IMG/VR virus record: IMGVR_UViG_3300045988_132810 | Location: 64,001-128,000 of that record | Reading direction: 5' to 3' (one strand) | Source: a virus | Length of the DNA: 64,000 nt | In this document: piece by piece, positions 20,995 to 28,916 of the stretch | Numbering within the stretch: position 1 is the first letter of the stretch | How the letters are laid out: the number at the start of each line of letters is the position of its first letter | Translations under genes and position numbers: made by a program | Notes under the pieces: generated by a model | Told to the model about the DNA's origin: nothing | What the model saw: only the letters and a program-made list of their open reading frames with translations | Database searches by the model: none

Positions 20995-21639
20995 TTATTT
21001 CCATTTCCCAATAACGTGAATAGAAACGTACCCACCAGAAACAGTTGTAGAGTATGGGCACCAAATACGATATACCATTTTACTCTTAATAGCACTGGCA
21101 ACTTGAAAATTCAAATATGCTGAACCATATATATTTCCAACCGCCGTTGGGATATCAATAAACAACCCATTTGGGAAATTTACAATACGGCCATTATATA
21201 ATGAATTAGACCAAACACCACTTATCATTGACGTAGTTAAAGGTATCTCTCCAAGAACTTCATAATACCACGCTTCTGACACACCACTTTTCCATTTTCG
21301 ATAAGTCAAGTTTCCAGATGTGCCTTTATCAACCACAATATCTGCAGTTCCATTAACTAAAGTTTGAAGTGTAGACACAGAACTTGCTGTAGCAAAACTA
21401 TTAGCATGCTTCCCGTCAACTGTATCTGCATTGCCTCCGTTTGCTGGAAGTGTAGTCGGAATTGTTGGCTTGCCTGTTAAATTATTATAGCTGTGAGTAT
21501 GATTTACATCTGCTTTATTGGATTGCAGAGAAGAAACATCTCCTTCAATGCCCTCTAAATGAGTTGTAAGACATTCATTTAGATTTGTATCCATCCAAAT
21601 CTGATTGGAGCTATATGTTGGATCAAATGTACCGTTCAT
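20995..21639 (-). CDS. Fibre-tip / receptor-binding-like protein, paralog 3 of 3
   Basis: MNGTFDPTYSSNQIWMD...LEGIEGDVSSLQSNKADVNHTH...LPANGGNADTVDGKHANSFA...VIGKWK. Confidence 0.55.
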   Translation of the reverse strand: MNGTFDPTYSSNQIWMDTNLNECLTTHLEGIEGDVSSLQSNKADVNHTHSYNNLTGKPTIPTTLPANGGNADTVDGKHANSFATASSVSTLQTLVNGTADIVVDKGTSGNLTYRKWKSGVSEAWYYEVLGEIPLTTSMISGVWSNSLYNGRIVNFPNGLFIDIPTAVGNIYGSAYLNFQVASAIKSKMVYRIWCPYSTTVSGGYVSIHVIGKWK

Positions 21640-21705
21640 TGGGATTCCTCCTTTAGGTATAAAAAGGTTTCATCATTGGTTAAATTTCATGTCAATAGAT
21701 GCCAA

Positions 21706-21954
21706 TTAAAGTAAAGCACTAGTCCATGGAATAGTTCCTGCACTGTCTTTATACCAACTTCCATCCGTGCATTCATAACTAAACTCTGGATGATTATCAC
21801 AAAGATAATATTTAAAAATATATTCCTCGTCATAAACAGGGATTGGAATTAAATTGTCTGTACCAGAATCGTCAGAAGTTGTAGTTCTAACTTCTAAACA
21901 CATATGTGTAGTCGGATCAATTCTTGCAAAATTATAATAATAATTAACACTCAT
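21706..21954 (-). CDS. Hypothetical protein
   Basis: 82-aa ORF packed in the fibre module. Confidence 0.5.
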   Translation of the reverse strand: MSVNYYYNFARIDPTTHMCLEVRTTTSDDSGTDNLIPIPVYDEEYIFKYYLCDNHPEFSYECTDGSWYKDSAGTIPWTSALL

Positions 21955-21956
21955 AA

Positions 21957-22466
21957 TTAATCAATCTCCTTATATGTGAAGTATCTTAAAACAATAGTAT
22001 CAGAGCTACTATTCGTTATTCCAAGATTTATTGTTTTTGTGTCTGCATTTTTCGAAACATTGGAAATTGCTACTGTACTTCCAACATTATAAAGACAATC
22101 ATTGATGACAACTTTTTCTGCTGAAACGGAATCCAACAAACTAGTATTATATGAACATACTACAACTTGGAGTTTAGTATAATCATATTTGTCCATATTA
22201 GACAATTGTATCTCACAATTATTCCCCGGAAGAATCGCAACACTTCCTTCTGTCGTGTGATAACTTGGAATAACCTTCGTCCCAGTAGACACGCCTTCAT
22301 CTCCAGCATACACTAATCCTGACCTTACATCATTGTCTGTTGCTGTAAAAACAGTCTTTTCTCCAACCACTACTCCAGTCGCAATTTCATTCCCATTCTC
22401 ATCCTCAAGAAGCACAGTATTTAATGCCGATGATGCCATTATTGGATTGCCATATAAACCACTCAT
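21957..22466 (-). CDS. Hypothetical structural protein
   Basis: 169-aa ORF. Its start overlaps the stop of the upstream gene, which suggests translational coupling. Confidence 0.55.
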   Translation of the reverse strand: MSGLYGNPIMASSALNTVLLEDENGNEIATGVVVGEKTVFTATDNDVRSGLVYAGDEGVSTGTKVIPSYHTTEGSVAILPGNNCEIQLSNMDKYDYTKLQVVVCSYNTSLLDSVSAEKVVINDCLYNVGSTVAISNVSKNADTKTINLGITNSSSDTIVLRYFTYKEID

Positions 22467-23353
22467 ACGACAACCACCTCCTGCACTTTAACCTGAATAG
22501 ATATAGAGTCACTAGGCTTACCACCGGCCACATAAACTCGAACGGTTCCATTACCGCTTTGAGTAGTAAATGCTAATCCACTATCCTGCCAAGATGCAAG
22601 CTGTGCGGGAGTTGGCTGGAGGTCAACAACACTCGTTTCTGTAGCACAGCTAAGTGTCACGTCTTGATAATATGGGCTTGCGGTTCCATTCCATCCCGAC
22701 GCCAACGTAATTGTAGTAACTTTCGGAAGCATGTTCTGCAGCATAGCAATTGTTGCATAAGTGTCTGTAATAACATTACCAGATGCGTCTGATGTAGCTT
22801 GAGGCACTGCACCATATACATCTGCACCAACTGGCTTAGGCATACCTTCTACAACCCACGCAGCTCCATCATACACAATTTGGAATGGCTTATTAATAGA
22901 TATCCAAGTATTACTATATCCTGATTGCAAACTTGTTGTAATCGCGCTTAATCTACGTCTAATCTTTTTAGCTCCAAGTCCATTGACATCTATTGTTGGC
23001 TCTTTGCTTGCACTAGTTTTATCTGGAATCATAATAAAACTTGCTCCTGAGCTCAAAGACTCAATTCCCGGAACTGTCGCAATATATGCCACACCATCAG
23101 AACTGGATGCAACAGCAGTATATACTCCTGCATCAATTGCTGCCTTATTATTGATTTCATTCTTTAAAACTTCATCTAAAAATGGCAATTGGATATAGGT
23201 TTTTACACCATCTCCAATCTTGACTCTAGTCTCCCCACTTGCTGTAGTAACAACTATTATTTCGCCATCTAAAATTAGTGGATTCTTTTTCTCCCAATTT
23301 GCTTCAGTATCTCGTTTGTTTCTCAAGCGTATATTAAATATTTTATTCGGCAT
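22463..23353 (-). CDS. Tail fibre with Mtd_N/hyaluronidase-like N-terminal domain
   Basis: MPNKIFNIRLRNKRDTEANWEKKNPLILDGEIIVVTTASGETRVKIGDGVKTYIQLPF. Confidence 0.7.
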   Translation of the reverse strand: MPNKIFNIRLRNKRDTEANWEKKNPLILDGEIIVVTTASGETRVKIGDGVKTYIQLPFLDEVLKNEINNKAAIDAGVYTAVASSSDGVAYIATVPGIESLSSGASFIMIPDKTSASKEPTIDVNGLGAKKIRRRLSAITTSLQSGYSNTWISINKPFQIVYDGAAWVVEGMPKPVGADVYGAVPQATSDASGNVITDTYATIAMLQNMLPKVTTITLASGWNGTASPYYQDVTLSCATETSVVDLQPTPAQLASWQDSGLAFTTQSGNGTVRVYVAGGKPSDSISIQVKVQEVVVV

Positions 23354-23392
23354 AATATTCCATCCATATTATTATTCACCATGCAAAGAATA

Positions 23393-24805
23393 TCAGCTTA
23401 CACGTTGCCACATGTATACAGATAAGTATGGAGGCATATTATTGTGGGCTTGACCACCACCTGCTTCACTTGTTTTTGAACCTTTCGCCCAATATGTGTT
23501 TTTACTTGTAGAAGCAATACTAGTAAATCCATAATATCCTTCTGGCACACTACCATCTCCACCATCATTGCCAACATACTCATCATGATAATGAACAGGA
23601 ATTTCTTTCTCCTTTAACACATGTTCTTCTTCGCCACCAATTTCTCCAGCTTTATGCAACGCACTGTTGGCGAAAAGGAATGCACCATGTATTTCATCCC
23701 AGTTTCCGCCAAACAAAGTTGCCGGACTTGTTGCATTCGTGCTGATGTAAATAGAACCAATTGGATATGCTTCCAAAACAGACAATGGGTCTCCCTTATC
23801 TCCCTTTGGGCCTCTTAATGCCTCAAGCTGTGCTGATGTAAAATCAGCATAAGTAAATGCGTCTCCCTTTGGGCCTTTTATATTAACACTTGCAGGATTG
23901 GTTTTGCCCTTGTCATTTGTCCAACTTAAAACGCCATCTGAAGAAACAGATGGAGTGAACGTTGCACCATCAAGTGCCCCAAAGCCACCAGTTTTTATGG
24001 CATCTACAACGTACTTTTTATTTGCCGCATCATCATCATTAACAGGTGTAGCAACGGCCATTCTTGCCAAATCTGTTTCAGTTTTACCAACAAACTTTCC
24101 TGCATTTTCACCAGTACATAAAGCTGTAATCTCTTTTGATATATCTCCTCGCTGACAAATTGTGACTCCATATTTTGCGTAAAACTTTTGATCCGCAGTC
24201 AATGCACCAGCAACCTCTAAATCTCCAGAAACTTTGCCACCAGCCTTATCTAACTTCTTGTTAAACTCAGCAGAAGTCTCCGTCTTGCTATTTGCAACCG
24301 CAGTATCAGCATATTCTTTTGCAGAAGAAAGAGCTGTACTAGACTGGCCATCTGCATACGTCTTTGCGCTGGATAGTGTAGATGCATCACCAGACTCCAT
24401 GTCGCTTCTTAGCGTTGTGATTTTTCCGTCTAATTCGGTATCTTTCTGTTCAGAACTATTAGTTAGCGTTGTAATCTTTCCGTCAAGCTCTGTGTCTTTT
24501 TCTTTCATATCTGCCGATAACTGTTTAATTTCATTTTCCAATTCTGTATCTTTTTCGTTTACAGAGCTCGTCAAATTAGCAATTTTCGTATCTAACTGAT
24601 TGTCCTGCTCGTTTAATACACGGCCTTGATTTGCCGAAAGTGGTTTGTTCGACTGATAACTATTCAGTTTATCCTCGACATCTCCTTGAAGCAAAAATAC
24701 GCCATTCTGTTTTAGCTCTGGTAAATCAACAACATAATTTCCGTCTGTCAGATTTTCTAAATTATATGTTGTTCCGTTAATGTCCACAGTATTTATGTAA
24801 GGCAT
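23393..24805 (-). CDS. Tail fibre: TYNLENLTDG N-terminal module, coiled-coil repeats, C-terminal tail collar domain
   Basis: Start moved to ATG 24805 (MPYINTVDINGTTYNLENLTDG), preceded by GGAGGTG. Heptad-like DTELxxxI repeats follow. The C-terminus PIGSIYIS...GGEEEHVLKEKEIPVHYH...AHNNMPPYLSVYMWQR is collar-like (PF07484). Confidence 0.8.
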   Translation of the reverse strand: MPYINTVDINGTTYNLENLTDGNYVVDLPELKQNGVFLLQGDVEDKLNSYQSNKPLSANQGRVLNEQDNQLDTKIANLTSSVNEKDTELENEIKQLSADMKEKDTELDGKITTLTNSSEQKDTELDGKITTLRSDMESGDASTLSSAKTYADGQSSTALSSAKEYADTAVANSKTETSAEFNKKLDKAGGKVSGDLEVAGALTADQKFYAKYGVTICQRGDISKEITALCTGENAGKFVGKTETDLARMAVATPVNDDDAANKKYVVDAIKTGGFGALDGATFTPSVSSDGVLSWTNDKGKTNPASVNIKGPKGDAFTYADFTSAQLEALRGPKGDKGDPLSVLEAYPIGSIYISTNATSPATLFGGNWDEIHGAFLFANSALHKAGEIGGEEEHVLKEKEIPVHYHDEYVGNDGGDGSVPEGYYGFTSIASTSKNTYWAKGSKTSEAGGGQAHNNMPPYLSVYMWQRVS

Positions 24806-24839
24806 CGTTTCACCTCCATTATTTTCCATTGTTATAACA

Positions 24840-24868
24840 AGGGGCACTCTATATAACAAGTGCCCCTG
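24840..24868 (-). terminator. Hairpin after the 249-aa gene (possible terminator)
   Basis: The minus strand reads AGGGGCACU-UGUUAUAUAG-AGUGCCCCU followed by UGUUAU. The U-tract is weak. Confidence 0.45.
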
Positions 24869-24875
24869 TTATTAA

Positions 24876-25625
24876 TTACAGTCCTAATTCAGACTTTAAA
24901 GCAATATAAACTTCCGACTGATATTTGCTTGGGATACTCCTGCCATAAGTAATTGCTGCAATTTTTGCCACACTACGTAATGAGCCAATATACGTTTTTA
25001 ACGAATTAAAGTACGCGACATGGTACGTTTTGAAAGCATTTGCCTTGGCAATAATCTTTTCCATATCTTCAGAAGTATAATATTTGCACAATTCCCCATC
25101 TGCATGATAGGGAATAGTTTCTGCTCCGTCTGCAACCATTTGAGACGAAGTAATTAAATTCAATTGGTCTTGTACCGTTAAAGAAAAATGATGCGATTGA
25201 TTGTCACTCAGTTCAACATCAAAACCATTTGTAATCATTTTGTTACATTCTGTTTTCATTTCTTTAACTTTTGCTTCTTTTACATAATCAATTGTGATAT
25301 CAGTGCCATCATTCTCGTTTGTCGCATCTTGTTCAGGCTCTTCTTGTTCGATCTCAATCTGCTTATTAGACCTGATAGCATTATATAAAGCCTCATATTC
25401 TTCCTGCGGAATCTCTGTAATCTGAAGCACAGGGAATTCTTTTGCATTGGAATCTACTGGCAGCATCCAAGTAGCACGATAGATCGCACCATTGCATTGC
25501 ATGTATTGAGCTTCAGACTCGTCGCATACAAGAAAAATGCCATGCTTCTTTTGAAATCGACGCATGTCTAGCGACGTTCCGATACCAACAAATTCATTGT
25601 TATTAATTAGTTTATAATATCTCAT
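24876..25625 (-). CDS. Hypothetical protein, possible fibre assembly/chaperone (DUF4376-like C-terminal half)
   Basis: 249-aa ORF directly downstream of the giant adhesin. The C-terminal region (ECNKMITNGFDVELSDNQSHHFSLTVQDQLNL...) resembles the DUF4376 fibre-associated pattern. This call rests on memory alone. Confidence 0.35.
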   Translation of the reverse strand: MRYYKLINNNEFVGIGTSLDMRRFQKKHGIFLVCDESEAQYMQCNGAIYRATWMLPVDSNAKEFPVLQITEIPQEEYEALYNAIRSNKQIEIEQEEPEQDATNENDGTDITIDYVKEAKVKEMKTECNKMITNGFDVELSDNQSHHFSLTVQDQLNLITSSQMVADGAETIPYHADGELCKYYTSEDMEKIIAKANAFKTYHVAYFNSLKTYIGSLRSVAKIAAITYGRSIPSKYQSEVYIALKSELGL

Positions 25626-25640
25626 GTGTCGTCGCCTCCA

Positions 25641-28600
25641 TTAAATAGAAATACATGGACAAATACCATGAGCTCTGTTAGATGGCATATAGCTACTCAT
25701 ATCACCCTGAATGCCAACCGCTCTAAAGTAAGAATTGTACGCCACTTCTGGTGAACGTAGATAATATATGCTCGCAGTATCCCCAATAGACTTAACTCTA
25801 TCTGCAGATGAACCAAAGAATTCAATTGCTTTACCTTCGGAGCTATATGGCGCTTCGGATGTGTTAAACATTTCCACATACGACGGTAGATATACATAGT
25901 CTTTTGAATAAACAATATCAGATGCCATATTACCAGCGGTTGCAGGAATCTGCACTTGCTTAATAATTGATTTCCACTCTGTTGGGAAAGCCGCATAAAC
26001 TCTACTATTACAGAACGCTCTCATTTTAGAGTCATTCCATCCGCCAAGGTTGGTGTTCGTAGAATTCATATTGTGAGTGAGAGATAGCAAATTCGCCGGA
26101 ATGAACGAAGCTCCAGTAATTTTACTAGAATCTTGCGCACATCTATATCTCTTATCACCATAATATTCATAGCGCCAAGTTTCATGCGGCCATGCAGCAA
26201 GCTGTCTAGCCGCAGTGTCTCCAATATCATCAAGCCATACTTTGGCCCAGTGAATTGTGCCCTTACCTAGCGTTACGCTATCAATTGTTCCATTTGACAG
26301 GAACTTAAATCCACCAAGCATAATTGTCGCCTCAGTATTAGTTGTACGATTGCGCACAAGCTCTGTATAAGCCATTTCGTCAGCATAAACACCAGTTGTA
26401 GAAGCTCCAGAGTTAAACGAGTAGATATAAAGTTTACTTTCTCCCTTGCGGTGACGAAGCACAACGATATCTCTTTGGCCTCCTTTGCCTACTACTTTAC
26501 TAGTATTTCCCCACTGGATTTCTGGATTTGTACCATTATACTTTAGTCTAAATCCTTCAGAGCCATCATATTCAAAGCAAGACAATAGCGTAGCATCAGC
26601 GATATTGTCGCCAAACTCAAAATCTATAGCCATTGTAAATGAACCAGAATCTGCGCCAAATAGCTTAACGCCAGAATCTACTACTTTTGAGGAAGTGCCA
26701 TCAAAAGTAATTTCATCTCCAAGCATATGTTCTTCAACATTTGAGAACGAGAAATCCTGCCCAACACGGACGTCAAAATAGTCTTTCTGCTCGAAATAAT
26801 CATTTGCTCTCCCAGCAGTTGTTACGGCATAAATCTGTACTGGAGTCATATCTTTCAAGTCAGTTCCAGATGCTGGGAGCCCATTTTGTGTCTCCCACTT
26901 AGCATAGACGTCAGTATCTCCAGTGATATAGCCTGTGCTCTTATCCCAGCCAGTGAATAGATTATAAATATAAGAATCCTCATTATCGCTCATAGTTGGG
27001 TTGTCGCCTTCATATTCCGCAACAGCACCATATTCTACGCCAGTTTTAGTCGCAAGAACAACGCCTGCTTGCTGGAACCAACGCACAGTATATGTTCTTA
27101 CTGACTCGCTATATTTTGCTGTCACAGTTACAGGAGCAGTAACATTCACATCAATGCCATCCCAGCCAGAGAAGGTATAATTGTACTGTGCGGTACTTGG
27201 AATTGTCGGAGTGTCAATTTCACCACTTGCGACAGGATCAGTAATCTTGCCGCCTTGGTCAACATACTGAACATAATCATTGCCACTCTTGTCTTTAATA
27301 GCAGTACCATCGGAATTCATAAACGTCACTTTATACTGAGTAATAATACCATTATAAGTGACAGCTAAATCAGGCCATGCTGCCGCATAAGCATCGAGTT
27401 CTCTCTGCCTTGCTTGGCCAGCAATATGAACCTTACCAGCAAGTAAATTGTTATTCATCTTCAAAATAGCATTTAACAATTCAGTGCTTGTCACAGTCCA
27501 GTCAATGCCAGTTAAACGAAGTGTCTGCAACGTGTCAATTGCATCCTCAACAATTGGATAAGCATCAATTACAGAGTTCTCAATAGTTAACGATTCAAGA
27601 TTGTCATATGTCGCCTGTAAATCGGTTAAGTAATTTAGATTCTTAAAGCTTAAGCTATTGATTGTATTTGGTAAGTGAGCAAGTGCAATCTTACCATTTG
27701 CCGCGAATAGCACACCAGTTACAGATGTCCCCTCTGCATAAAGCTTCTCTAAGTTGCCACAGCTTGACAGATTGATCGATCCAGTCAATTTAGGGCAATT
27801 ACGAATGTCAAGTTCTTCAAGTAACGCATTGTTGCCAAGGTTTAGATTGGTTAAGAATGCATTAGAATAACCAGAAGTTTTATTGCCAATTACAAGCGTC
27901 TTAAGCTTTGAAGCCTTACTAAAATCATTATCGTGAATATAGCAAGCAGAAAGATCATTCAATGCCTGAATGCGAGAAGCACAATAAATTAGTACTGCCG
28001 TATCATCCATCTTGGTAAATGGACATTGAATTTCATAAGATTGTCCTGCCTTTGCACGAATCTGCTGTGCACTTGGAGAGTTGCCAAATAGCACAGACAG
28101 ATACATATCTGAATAAGGCACAATGTTTAGAGTGTAATTAGGTGCAACAACTACACCAGAAGGAGTATTGCATCTAAACATAATTTGATCTGCCTTGACA
28201 GTTGTAGACAGATATTTCGTTCCCATATAAGCCGCTTGGTCACGTTCAAATTGTCTACGCTGATATTTCTTACGACCATTCATCATAGACTCTAAGAAAC
28301 GAGGCGTTGGCTCTGGAGTTGCACCAGCATTGAGGCCACCACCTTGATATGTCCTGTAATACTTACGCTCAATATCAAGTCTCCAAAGCTCTTCTGGGAA
28401 TTGTGCTTGCCAATTGTCAAATTCATTAATTAGAGATGTTGCACTAAAGCAACCTTCTCCTTCAAGAGTTTGATACATTACTGCAAGCTCATCGTGGAAT
28501 AAATCACGTATCCTACACCAAAATACATTGTCTGCTGCATTAAATATATAACCCGAAGATTTATCGCCTTCGGTGCGATAGTCAGTGTCTTCCTTGCCAT

Positions 28601-28643
28601 ATGTCATGGTAAGCTCGCCACTGTTGTTAATTCCAAGGGCTGT
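25641..28643 (-). CDS. Giant tail adhesin, exon 2 (1000 aa): end of CotH-like domain, LRRs, B-repeats, LamG-like, DUF6273-like C-terminus
   Basis: The frame of track ORF 25641..28607 stays open 12 codons further upstream (TALGINNSGELT) up to the intron 3' end. LRR segment: LKTLVIGNKT...LTNLNLGNNALLEELDIRNCPKLTGSINLSSCGNLEKLYAEGTSV. B-repeats: YNYTFSGWDG and YNLFTGWDKSTGYITGDTDVYAKWE. C-terminus: GGWNDSKMRAFCNSRVY...YVYLPSYVEMF...IYYLRSP. Confidence 0.8.
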   Translation of the reverse strand, partial: TALGINNSGELTMTYGKEDTDYRTEGDKSSGYIFNAADNVFWCRIRDLFHDELAVMYQTLEGEGCFSATSLINEFDNWQAQFPEELWRLDIERKYYRTYQGGGLNAGATPEPTPRFLESMMNGRKKYQRRQFERDQAAYMGTKYLSTTVKADQIMFRCNTPSGVVVAPNYTLNIVPYSDMYLSVLFGNSPSAQQIRAKAGQSYEIQCPFTKMDDTAVLIYCASRIQALNDLSACYIHDNDFSKASKLKTLVIGNKTSGYSNAFLTNLNLGNNALLEELDIRNCPKLTGSINLSSCGNLEKLYAEGTSVTGVLFAANGKIALAHLPNTINSLSFKNLNYLTDLQATYDNLESLTIENSVIDAYPIVEDAIDTLQTLRLTGIDWTVTSTELLNAILKMNNNLLAGKVHIAGQARQRELDAYAAAWPDLAVTYNGIITQYKVTFMNSDGTAIKDKSGNDYVQYVDQGGKITDPVASGEIDTPTIPSTAQYNYTFSGWDGIDVNVTAPVTVTAKYSESVRTYTVRWFQQAGVVLATKTGVEYGAVAEYEGDNPTMSDNEDSYIYNLFTGWDKSTGYITGDTDVYAKWETQNGLPASGTDLKDMTPVQIYAVTTAGRANDYFEQKDYFDVRVGQDFSFSNVEEHMLGDEITFDGTSSKVVDSGVKLFGADSGSFTMAIDFEFGDNIADATLLSCFEYDGSEGFRLKYNGTNPEIQWGNTSKVVGKGGQRDIVVLRHRKGESKLYIYSFNSGASTTGVYADEMAYTELVRNRTTNTEATIMLGGFKFLSNGTIDSVTLGKGTIHWAKVWLDDIGDTAARQLAAWPHETWRYEYYGDKRYRCAQDSSKITGASFIPANLLSLTHNMNSTNTNLGGWNDSKMRAFCNSRVYAAFPTEWKSIIKQVQIPATAGNMASDIVYSKDYVYLPSYVEMFNTSEAPYSSEGKAIEFFGSSADRVKSIGDTASIYYLRSPEVAYNSYFRAVGIQGDMSSYMPSNRAHGICPCISI

Positions 28644-28916
28644 CGATCTGTTACTATATAGGCTTGGCCCTATATTATGACTTACATTTCTGTAAGCGGA
28701 GCAGGTTCTTCTTTAAGCGGTCTGATTACCGTTGACCCACTCTCTGCAATTTCATTATTAGATTATAGTTGCAGTCCAGACTGTTGCATACTTCATAACT
28801 CGCGTCACAAAGCCCTTTGTACTCAGTCGTTGCAGGCGGAAAATTTCCTTCCTGAGCGTTGCCAATCTCTTGGTTTTCGCCATTAATCAACAAAGGTTTT
28901 ACAACGACAAAATTTT
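28644..28916 (-). ncRNA. ORF-less group I intron (273 nt) interrupting the giant adhesin gene
   Basis: Exon 1 reads ...[10 protein letters not shown]. Read-through gives KILSL followed by a stop, and exon 2 resumes in frame as TALGINNSGELTMTYGKEDTDY. P1 helix: exon AACGAU (28922..28917) pairs with intron GUCGUU (28908..28903), placing a U.G wobble at the splice site, and the helix can extend to 8 bp. The terminal G is at 28644. The 3' end AGUAACAGAUCG matches intron 1 (AGUAAUAGAUCG). Shared core blocks are AACGACUG, CAGUCURGACU and AUAAUCUAA. Confidence 0.8.

Noticed and set aside
28677-28886. 69-aa plus-strand ORF inside intron 2, and the 118-aa ORF 5678..6034 overlapping intron 1, as intron-encoded homing endonucleases
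   Set aside because: They are on the opposite strand to the introns, show no LAGLIDADG, GIY-YIG, HNH or His-Cys motifs, and have no ribosome-binding site. They are most likely chance ORFs in structured RNA sequence.
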